Shown here piece after piece: positions 38,901 through 44,861 of a stretch of 54,541 nucleotides of DNA. Both the position numbers and the translations under genes were made by a program. The notes below the pieces were generated by a model. The model made no database searches. It had not been told where the DNA came from and worked only from the letters and a program-made list of their open reading frames with translations. Origin of the DNA: Anaerotignum sp. (lineage in GTDB: Bacteria; Bacillota_I; Bacilli_A; Acholeplasmatales; Anaeroplasmataceae); NCBI GenBank assembly GCA_963617645.1, contig CAVEPF010000125.1, positions 10,222-64,762 of the forward strand, in the 5' to 3' direction. Numbering within the stretch: the stretch's first letter is position 1; the number at the start of each line of letters is the position of its first letter.

Positions 38901-39001
38901 TTTACTGATGATTTGAATAATACACTTGCTACTACAACTATAGTAGAGCACAATAAAAGAGCTGTTATTACAATAGAAATAAGGAATTTTTTATTTTTCA
39001 T
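32951..39001 (-). CDS. Giant (2016 aa) secreted surface protein with a TasA-like N-terminal region and an LRR module
   Basis: The N-terminus is MKNKKFLISIVITALLLCSTIVVVASVLFKSSVKTQGDLTAK, followed by KFSKAGDSNSLTITVKNNTKAVIQYQYEF and DLTFKLKTYAKT (TasA-like pattern). It has a DLNGHYLNGTKKIY module and an LRR region at about nt 34990-35360 (LINLALEYC, LEKLKVISLQHNQINN-like). It has no LPXTG motif and ends ERLFLIEVVG. Confidence 0.6.
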   Translation of the reverse strand: MKNKKFLISIVITALLLCSTIVVVASVLFKSSVKTQGDLTAKDVDKVVDINDTTKDNLVVDTSVEPLKFSKAGDSNSLTITVKNNTKAVIQYQYEFSFDSDTILKTESFSSAILVYFNSEFIDTLGNLCSNDENKVKSGYINFTGFVNAAQMSDSDTYTASSQTDELTFVLHSASDGSIFDDNTDLTFKLKTYAKTADYTNYLYVYNESDLIKAVDDINTGLLSENVTIVLFNDINITSANLTIYYPFELDLNGHYLNGTKKIYLHQSGNAVIKSLRKLTIESLDNIISSGFNIVLENQNGILEIKDLYNTKGTNLSSVYANYVTLAKYSSKLAKELISSYIKEKVRYGISVDDTINILNGLSFYTTEKNEIETSSNITFKSGNNTISIKDSVKDDFVTTSEEYITFNGEKVGVKVYGTDEDATLAALFSENGELYYLTKLAETDNVGNITTTNSADLFLPTTLKDKNITIEWKSNNSNYLSDTGIIQSDVNNGTKVSITGYFTINNKVLTKTITIKISNQNHDTIFQYFLAQLSPITIEHVYSSGRELYSYYYLPIVASSTSNKYHYTNAYNTPYNENSESTETGYSWLGFNDVAFESLTYTQIPAYNFISIDQNATDINHNNDKGVAIYLSSATFETYAQINLVAKFANDEEEYSGKVNIIINPGYDTSLNELVFEKTEQDLSRVDVLQNILDTRKENNMLNEKGDFILDGTYNSYLIQYVIPESSESAISEIIGYSGDNCTKEVARISGVYTYSESSSSSWRNMFTVSEMKQIVKYKVCLNPEGFLLNDSSFAVNVVLVMPTSDNALHTAARIQYFTCPGVIKCDSEGFANMSVFNSVKYQVWTELKKKTSESYNGDVIDDDYTSNNDESSFTISNGIVTNHTGAYILRHDAYFCNTIVLNLKETNTSSDNHEIYGLSKLISWATGDTTDTLKSHFTGKMKFDDDFLSTYGSYRSNGDSYLNTDEETVIKAYYKKYIKTSLTDDEWTTLINSVTTQEKDSSGNAKYYISKANAKTWVGYVQSYLAGSSFTYEGTTVTVGSNSNVSSYSKFLEVLQWAHNDKDFNPDGEAGTSPCLGVTGSADWSNIVDSDTSWTYSSTGGWGNSKYKKTDYAEDDTSYITKAEVEIVLAFLLNSKSSSNDAARETFVKEFRDHYFYIPKMLTEDGIATLISQAYSDLGKSLSYNVTTNERFKAEISTIKLCGLDFVVPTVTILDSSLNGLDYFPNITTFYVHGDYDNSLRAFNLDDTLTRLFNRITSNNPKLINLALEYCSDSNMSLSLENIYKLEKLKVISLQHNQAINNVGSLLKLDISSLSYVDIYDINVSNEYSKFVLEAINLKSGGDATCYWSTFDTSGNESRAQYLKKLDAAAEGLIYLEEFYSLLAENAQLTQNVIDENGNSISVQWSIEEGNGLTYVTSSNTSALDTMAYPYTNYFIVTEEFTYENVTFSKNSLIKIYSEDSGKSILLEIVKDPYGDNVTVEETPSSGIPESLSDDEVNQIIKDKNLTKEDIKQTGSEPTTPTSSTKYNGDTLDSTTNSTYTPSGDNVTTVKDNNGKSNKLYIYDKDGNEINGNAHYSSSYGFGYVDGKKTKTSTYLWYDLDIKNTIYYTTYKYYYSVDSNGVYTISQVSYDIAQFDSGTQTEHKKTVIDTQKTWYVNTGRSGRYSNYTYNFIDLLSVYEDAYYIYYGSSTPSKFPGAASSNVYCIYDSDYYSQSTTTADPVTTTIGASQSSDKVDEQAYYSAMASTKIAEATSYIGKTISITNGVTYYNESTQTNITSGIKTITLTESGFTYTSASSSTAVRNAKHMDDILSEANNHLNDAKFGLYYHKYYAYGEGTATYNGFTYTTNTIYQLELDSSTNKFKWVEVNTYEEITGSDSNVVSVFGSLTQDSVGKIYYYSGSKAEGFTLGTSIWFIVEFDESTGAYALKRFGTLNDMYLNCSSGTFSNKSNSLNYDGFKAICNIMEYMDDNYFNNGSTSTNYSYGVGGTRYATIKASITVNGEKYERLFLIEVVG

Positions 39002-39019
39002 ATTAACACCTCCCTAAAT

Positions 39020-39052
39020 AAAAAAACCAGTCGCAAAAAGATTTGCAACTGG
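39020..39052 (-). terminator. Terminator-like hairpin inside the leader of the surface-protein operon (attenuator candidate)
   Basis: The minus-strand RNA reads CCAGUUGC-AAAUCUUUUU-GCGACUGG (one G-U pair) followed by UUUUUUU. It ends only about 6 nt before the GGGAGGUG RBS of the 2016-aa gene. Confidence 0.55.
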
Positions 39053-39112
39053 CTATCCTAATAAAAGGACCCTATAGCTTTCCGTCACAAGATTACTCTT
39101 GTTTTGGCAATA
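39045..39112 (-). promoter_or_regulatory. Structured 5' leader with partial resemblance to a GEMM-I (c-di-GMP-I) aptamer
   Basis: The minus strand reads UGCCAAAAC-AAGA-GUAA-UCUU-GUGACGGAAAGCUAU..AGGAUAGC. This is a hairpin capped by a GNRA loop, flanked by GCCAAAA and GACGGAAAGC. From memory the GEMM-I consensus has GCAAA and GACGCAAAGC at these positions. A second hairpin follows. The match is imperfect and P1 is only about 4 bp. Confidence 0.25.
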
Positions 39113-39176
39113 TATCGCATGATATATATATCACTAAATATTAAAAATTTAGGTATATGAGACGTCTCATATACCC

Positions 39177-40631
39177 TTATTTTAATTTATTTAGATATTC
39201 TAATTCTTCATTAAGATTAAGACCTAATGAATTAAATAATTCATAATGTTTTTTTGAGAGATTTTCCAATTCCCATTTTGTTTTTTTATAGTGTAACTTG
39301 ACATACCTTGCATCTAGAAGGATATCTGTTACACTTTTTTTAATCTTTGACGTATTTTTAACAAATTCACTATGTATTAAACTAGTGATTAATAATATAA
39401 ATGATAAGCCTTGAGTTTGATAGTAATCACTAGAATATGTCGCATCAACTTCAAGTTTGTTTTTGTAATAATCATAAAAAGTTTCAATGGTCCAACGTTT
39501 CTTATATAATTTATAAATTTCTTCAGGAGATTTATCAAGATTTGATTGTAGTACAATTAAACCAAAAGTCTTTTCGTATTCATTATATTTTTCTAATGTA
39601 TAAACTCCTTTTTCATCGCCTATTTTTGACATATAATCACTGGATTCTAAAGCATATTGACTTAGGTCTTTGAATGCAGTAACAGTTACACCATCAATTA
39701 TTTCAGATTTATATTGGATAGGTGTATGTTTCTTACCTTTTTGATATGAGAAGATATTATCAAATTTTAAATTTTCAGTTATTTTTTTGTAAGAATGATA
39801 ATTAGCTTTTAATGGTATTATGTATTTATTACCATTCTCAGAACACAATCTTAGATTTTCTGGGTCTGAAAAACCTTTATCGATGATAAATAAGGTGTCC
39901 TTGAAGTCGATTCTTTTAAATATATCTTTGAAAGATATATTATCCATGGTTCCACCTGGATATATACGAGAAAATATTGGCTCTGAATTATTGATATCAT
40001 AGGCCATTAATGCATTCATCTGATAATCACCCAACTTGTTATTTTTATTTCCTTTTTCTGCAAGGTCATTATCATGAGATGAAGTTTTAATTACGTGTCC
40101 ATCAACTGCAAGTTCTTTACTAGATTTATCCGCAAGTAATTGTTCAAATTTTTCTACATTTGTTGTGTGCTTACCTAGATTATCAAATAAATTAGTTATT
40201 ATATGTTCTGATAAGCTAATAGAAGGATATCTTTTGGATAAATATGATAAATCATAATCTGGTTTAATATTTTTAACATAAGTAAAACCATTAACAAAAT
40301 GAAGTAAAGATAATAAATATATTTGATAAGCTTCCTTTGGATTGAATACTTCTAAAAGTTTATTTAATACATTATATGATAATTTATAAGATATAAAATA
40401 TTCTCCAAAATTCATTGATGTCAGCATTTCATTCTTTGAATAATTTTGATTTGGAACAAATCCCAAATCTAAAGATATGGATCCAACTAGCTTTCCCATT
40501 TTGGTTTTCCATTTATCATCTACTTTTACAAAAGAGTGTTCATAAACATAATACTTACCATTTATAACTTTAACCATTGTACCTTTTGGTTTTAATTTTC
40601 TTATCTCTTCTGGCACTGAATATTTACCCAT
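39177..40631 (-). CDS. DDE transposase (DDE_Tnp_1 / IS4-IS1634-like)
   Basis: About 484 aa starting at the ATG at 40629-40631, which has an AAGGTGA RBS. Motifs are LAVDGHVIKT, FIIDKGFSD and YKKRWTIETFYDYYKN (the Y-x-R-x-x-x-E signature of IS4-type transposases). A perfect palindrome GGTATATGAGAC/GTCTCATATACC follows the stop codon. Confidence 0.85.
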   Translation of the reverse strand: MGKYSVPEEIRKLKPKGTMVKVINGKYYVYEHSFVKVDDKWKTKMGKLVGSISLDLGFVPNQNYSKNEMLTSMNFGEYFISYKLSYNVLNKLLEVFNPKEAYQIYLLSLLHFVNGFTYVKNIKPDYDLSYLSKRYPSISLSEHIITNLFDNLGKHTTNVEKFEQLLADKSSKELAVDGHVIKTSSHDNDLAEKGNKNNKLGDYQMNALMAYDINNSEPIFSRIYPGGTMDNISFKDIFKRIDFKDTLFIIDKGFSDPENLRLCSENGNKYIIPLKANYHSYKKITENLKFDNIFSYQKGKKHTPIQYKSEIIDGVTVTAFKDLSQYALESSDYMSKIGDEKGVYTLEKYNEYEKTFGLIVLQSNLDKSPEEIYKLYKKRWTIETFYDYYKNKLEVDATYSSDYYQTQGLSFILLITSLIHSEFVKNTSKIKKSVTDILLDARYVKLHYKKTKWELENLSKKHYELFNSLGLNLNEELEYLNKLK

Positions 40632-40855
40632 CACAATCACCTTTCTTATGTACCTATTATATACCTATATTATAGCATAAAAGAGCATTTATTACCAGAA
40701 TTGACTAATAAATTTTAGTAAGAAAAAATAAAAAAGTGAACTTTCAGGTTTCCTTTTAAAAAGAAACGGTTTAAAAAATTCACTTTTTGTTGTAGAATAG
40801 TATATATCATTAAAAAAGTATAGATTTTATATACCTAAAATTTTAGGTTTTAGTG

Positions 40856-40875
40856 ATATATATATATATATATAT
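40856..40875. repeat. (AT)10 microsatellite at the right IS junction
   Basis: There are 20 nt of perfect AT dinucleotide repeat here, and the left junction carries (AT)5 at 39122-39131. Confidence 0.9.
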
Positions 40876-40889
40876 CTTTCTTCATTTTC

Positions 40890-40918
40890 ATTTTATCACT
40901 TTCCTTTTTTTATGTCAA
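40890..40918 (-). promoter_or_regulatory. Consensus sigma-70 promoter facing the IS and the surface-protein operon
   Basis: The minus strand has TTGACA, a 17-nt spacer (TAAAAAAAGGAAAGTGA), then TAAAAT. The predicted transcription start is about 5-10 nt before the IS end. It lies downstream of the xfp terminator. Confidence 0.55.
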
Positions 40919-40950
40919 ACTATATTAACTGACAAATAGAAGTAAAATGT

Positions 40951-40977
40951 AAAATAAAAGAGCGATTTCTCGCTCTT
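40951..40977 (-). terminator. Intrinsic terminator of xfp
   Basis: AAGAGCGA-GAAA-UCGCUCUU followed by a U-rich tail on the minus strand, 7 nt after the xfp stop codon. Confidence 0.75.
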
Positions 40978-40983
40978 AAATAA

Positions 40984-43344
40984 TTAATTTTTCCATTTCC
41001 AATCTCTAACTTCAGGAATATCTTCACCGAAATCATCAATATGTTGTTTATGTCTAACAAGAGTATCTCTCATTTTTTGGATTAAATAAGCTTTCTTATC
41101 GCCGTATCCTTTAATTGCATTAAGTGCATCAATTACAAGATGAAATCTATCAATCTTGTTTTGAACACGCATATCAAATGGAGTAGTGATTGAACCTTCT
41201 TCTTGGTATCCTCTAACGTGTAAATCACGATTATGTCTTCTATAAGTTAATTCGTGAATAACAGTAGGGTATCCATGGAACGCAAAAATAATAGGTTTAT
41301 CTTTTGTAAATATAGTATCATATTCAACATCAGTTAATCCATGAGGATGTTCTTGAGATGGTTTTAATTTGAATAAATCGATAACATTTACAAATCTAAC
41401 TTTAATTTCTGGTAAGTTTTCTCTAATAATACTTGTAGCAGCTAAAGCTTCAAGAGTAGGAGTTTCACCACAACCAACCATAACTACATCAGGTTCACTA
41501 CCTTGGTCGTTACTAGCCCATTGCCAAATAGATAAACCTTGTGAGCATTCACTAACAGCTTCTTCCATTGTTAACCATTGAGGACGGGGGTGTTTAGAAG
41601 CTACGATTGTATTAATATAATTTTTTGTCTTTAAACAATGATCCATTGTACAAATTAAAGTATTTGAATCAGGTGGAAGATAAATACGTGTAACATCTGG
41701 TTTTTTTGCTACCATATGGTCAATAAATCCAGGGTCTTGGTGAGTGAATCCATTATGGTCTTGTTGCCAAACTGTTGAAGATAAGATTAAGTTTAGAGAT
41801 GCAATAGGTTGTCTCCAAGTTAATTGATTACAAATCTTTAACCATTTTGCATGTTGGCTAACCATTGAATCTACTATACGCATAAATGCTTCGTAACTTG
41901 CAAAGAAACCATGACGACCAGTTAATAAATAACCTTCTAACATACCTTCGCACATATGTTCAGATAACATAGAATCCATTACTCTTCCTGTAGGAGCTAA
42001 GTGATCATCTACATCAATTGTAGAACTATCCCACATTCTATCAGTAACTTCAAATACATGATTTAATCTGTTACTTGCAGTCTCATCTGGACCAAATATT
42101 CTAAAGTTTTCTTGGTTTAATTTAATTACATCACGGATGAATGCACCTAAGTTAGTCATATCTTGACTATCTTTTTCGCCGTGACTTCCGATTTCAAATG
42201 CATAATTTCTAAAATCAGGCATTCTTAAATCTTTTAATAATTTACCACCATTAGTATGAGGATTAGCACTCATTCTATGTTCGTATTTAGGACATAATGC
42301 CTTTAATTCAGGTACTAATTTACCATTTTCATCGAATAATTCTTCAGGATGGTAACTTCTTAACCACTCTTCAAGTAAACCTAGATGCTCAGGACGTGAC
42401 ATATCAATAGGTACTTGGTGAGCACGCCAATATCCTTCAACAATCTTACCATCTACAACCTTTGGTCCTGTCCATCCTTTTGGTGAACGTAATACAATCA
42501 TAGGCCATGTTTTTGGCGATAAATCACCTTTAACACGTGCTTCTCTTTGATTCTTACGAATCATCTTCATACACTTTTCAAGAGCCTCTGCCATTGTTTG
42601 GTGCATTACCATAGGATCACTACCCTCAACGAAAATAGGTTCATATCCTAGGCCCTTAAAATACATTTCAAGTTCTTTATGTGGAATACGTGATAAAATA
42701 GTAGGATTTGCAATCTTATATCCGTTCAAATGAAGAATCGGTAAAACTGCTCCGTCTTTTTTAGGGTTGATAAACTTATATCCTTGCCAGCTTGTTGCAA
42801 GTGGACCTGTTTCAGCCTCACCATCACCAACAACACAAGCAGTGATTAAATTTGGATTATCTAATACACTACCAAAAGAGTGTGATAATGAATAACCAAG
42901 TTCTCCACCTTCATGAATTGAACCTGGAGTTTCAGGTGCTACGTGGCTTGATATACCACCTGGGAATGAGAATTGTTTAAATAATTTTTTTAAACCTTCT
43001 TCATCTTCTGAAATGTTTGGATAAACTTCAGAATATGTACTTTCTAAGTATGCATTAGCTACAAAGAAATTACCACCATGACCAGGACCTGAGATTAAAA
43101 TCATATCTTGATCATATTTTTTAATAATTCTATTTAAATGTGCATAAATAAAATTTTGTCCTGGTACAGTTCCCCAGTGACCAACAATCTTCTTTTTAAC
43201 ATCACTAGCCTTTAAAGGGCGCTTTAAAAGTGGATTATCTAGAAGATATAATTGAGCGGCAGATAAATAGTTAGCCGCATTCCAGTACTTATTAATAAGT
43301 ACTAGTTCCTCATTTGAAAGAGGTCCTTCCAATTTTTTTGACAT
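40984..43344 (-). CDS. xfp: Xylulose-5-phosphate/fructose-6-phosphate phosphoketolase
   Basis: 786 aa. Hallmark phosphoketolase motifs are [22 protein letters not shown] and GDGEAETGP, and the length is typical of the family. Confidence 0.95.
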   Translation of the reverse strand: MSKKLEGPLSNEELVLINKYWNAANYLSAAQLYLLDNPLLKRPLKASDVKKKIVGHWGTVPGQNFIYAHLNRIIKKYDQDMILISGPGHGGNFFVANAYLESTYSEVYPNISEDEEGLKKLFKQFSFPGGISSHVAPETPGSIHEGGELGYSLSHSFGSVLDNPNLITACVVGDGEAETGPLATSWQGYKFINPKKDGAVLPILHLNGYKIANPTILSRIPHKELEMYFKGLGYEPIFVEGSDPMVMHQTMAEALEKCMKMIRKNQREARVKGDLSPKTWPMIVLRSPKGWTGPKVVDGKIVEGYWRAHQVPIDMSRPEHLGLLEEWLRSYHPEELFDENGKLVPELKALCPKYEHRMSANPHTNGGKLLKDLRMPDFRNYAFEIGSHGEKDSQDMTNLGAFIRDVIKLNQENFRIFGPDETASNRLNHVFEVTDRMWDSSTIDVDDHLAPTGRVMDSMLSEHMCEGMLEGYLLTGRHGFFASYEAFMRIVDSMVSQHAKWLKICNQLTWRQPIASLNLILSSTVWQQDHNGFTHQDPGFIDHMVAKKPDVTRIYLPPDSNTLICTMDHCLKTKNYINTIVASKHPRPQWLTMEEAVSECSQGLSIWQWASNDQGSEPDVVMVGCGETPTLEALAATSIIRENLPEIKVRFVNVIDLFKLKPSQEHPHGLTDVEYDTIFTKDKPIIFAFHGYPTVIHELTYRRHNRDLHVRGYQEEGSITTPFDMRVQNKIDRFHLVIDALNAIKGYGDKKAYLIQKMRDTLVRHKQHIDDFGEDIPEVRDWKWKN

Positions 43345-43373
43345 CTTTTCCTCCTAATTTAAAATGAAATAAA

Positions 43374-44048
43374 TTATAAATTAGATAAAATCTTATTTGT
43401 TCTTTCCTTAGCTACCATAATATAGTCTGCTAATAATTCACTACTCTTTTGCCATGTAAATCTTGGTTCACGAGCTTGAGCTAAAGTGTTGATATCATTA
43501 TTTACAAAAATAACACTATTTCTTTCGCCAGTATGCTTATTTTCAGCATTTCCGTCTTGAGCAATAGTAACACAGTTTGTTAATTCATCGCTAACTGTAG
43601 TAACGTTATTTACTCTTATTTGAAGTTCATTACCATTTTCGCCAAATACTTTAGCTACAGAGAATAATTCGTTGAATTTCTTCATATTTTCATCATTTCT
43701 AACGATGAAATTTGCATCAGTGTATGCAACACGATTAAACATAGGATTAGCAAGTTGTGATAATTTAGAAACAACACTATTAGTGAATTCTAAGAAATTA
43801 TCTACAGTATCTCCTTTTTCAGTATTATAACCATATTGGATATCAATTCTGTAAGTACGGATAACAACAGCCATATTTTCATGTGTAAAGATATGATTTG
43901 TTGTAGGTAAGCCGTTAGGTAAAGTTGTGCTATTTTCTTCATGTTTGAAATCAGCTAATAATTCCTTTACGCCACTAATTTTTGAAATTAGATCACTTAC
44001 ATTACCAAAAACCGAGAATGTAGATTGAGCAGTTATAATTTTTTCCAT
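43374..44048 (-). CDS. Hypothetical protein (224 aa), apparently co-transcribed with xfp
   Basis: Clean ORF with an AGAGGT RBS, 29 nt upstream of xfp with no terminator in between. It has no TM segment or signal peptide, and I cannot name a domain with confidence. Confidence 0.55.
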   Translation of the reverse strand: MEKIITAQSTFSVFGNVSDLISKISGVKELLADFKHEENSTTLPNGLPTTNHIFTHENMAVVIRTYRIDIQYGYNTEKGDTVDNFLEFTNSVVSKLSQLANPMFNRVAYTDANFIVRNDENMKKFNELFSVAKVFGENGNELQIRVNNVTTVSDELTNCVTIAQDGNAENKHTGERNSVIFVNNDINTLAQAREPRFTWQKSSELLADYIMVAKERTNKILSNL

Positions 44049-44379
44049 ATTTTAATACCTCTTTTTGTTTCTTAATTGAAATCGTTTTCAATTAGTATAT
44101 AGATTATACCAAAAAAATATTAAAAATGCTATATATAGTATATTTATTTTCCCTCTTTTTTACTTTTTTTATTTTTTTACCTGAATTTTTTTCACTTTTT
44201 TTAAAAACTGCCAATTTTAAAAGAGACTTTTTTAAAGTTTTCTAAAAAACAACCATAAATTACAAGTCATTTTTAAATATATGTTAAAAAAGATTATTTT
44301 ATTTTAATAATTTTAAATTATAATATACCTAATGATAACCTTAGGTTTAGGTTTTAGGTTAATCGAAAGGAATTATAAA

Positions 44380-44820
44380 ATGTATACAATCGGACAAATA
44401 TCAAAACTTTTTAATCTACCAATCTCTACATTGAGATACTATGATAAAGAAGGACTATTTCCTAATTTAGTGAGAAAAGGAAATATTCGTTATTTTAGTG
44501 ATAATGATATTGAAGCACTAAGAGTGATTGAATGTTTAAAGCATACAGGACTTGAAATAAAAGAAATAAAAAGATTTATGGACTTAACTAAGGAAGGTCC
44601 TTCAAGTTATAAAGAAAGAAAAGAAATAATCGAAAGACAAAAATTAAAAGTCGAAGAGGAAATTTTAAATATGGAAAAGCATCTTGCTATGCTCAAGTTT
44701 AAAACTTGGTATTATGATACTGCCATTAAAGATCAAAGTGAAGATAACATTAAAGCTATGTTACCAAATAATTTACCTAGTGAAATTCAAGTATTATATG
44801 ATAAAACTCATAATAAATAG
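44380..44820 (+). CDS. MerR-family transcriptional regulator
   Basis: MYTIGQISKLFNLPISTLRYYDKEGLF is the canonical MerR HTH, followed by a coiled-coil region. I place the start at the ATG at 44380, not at the upstream start used by the ORF track. Confidence 0.85.
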   Translation: MYTIGQISKLFNLPISTLRYYDKEGLFPNLVRKGNIRYFSDNDIEALRVIECLKHTGLEIKEIKRFMDLTKEGPSSYKERKEIIERQKLKVEEEILNMEKHLAMLKFKTWYYDTAIKDQSEDNIKAMLPNNLPSEIQVLYDKTHNK

Positions 44821-44861
44821 AAAAAGTGATTTTAGACTTAACTAAAATCACCGATTACTAT

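Larger units (their letters stand above)
39121..40876 (-). mobile_element. Insertion sequence (about 1.75 kb) with imperfect terminal inverted repeats, IS4/IS1634-like
   Basis: The ends are GATATATATATCACTAAATATTAAAAATTTAGGTATAT (39121-39158) and the reverse complement of 40829-40876 (GATA(TA)nTCACTAAAACCTAAAATTTTAGGTATAT). TCACTAAA matches 8/8 and the next 20 nt match 16/20. A single DDE transposase gene lies inside. The exact boundaries and target-site duplication are ambiguous because both ends lie in (TA)n runs. Confidence 0.7.

Noticed and set aside
27801-39001. Sortase (LPXTG), lipoprotein (lipobox Cys) or choline/SLH/LysM-type anchoring for the four surface proteins.
   Set aside because: I found no LPXTG-like motif followed by a hydrophobic, positively charged tail at any C-terminus. 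There is no Cys at the end of any N-terminal hydrophobic segment in a lipobox context, and no recognisable wall-binding repeats.
40856-40875. (AT)10 tract between the promoter and the IS, considered as a slipped-strand phase-variation switch.
   Set aside because: It lies downstream of the -10 box, not in the promoter spacer or a coding region. A shorter (AT)5 tract at the other IS junction suggests it is simply the TA-rich target or duplication of the insertion. I kept it as a repeat feature only.
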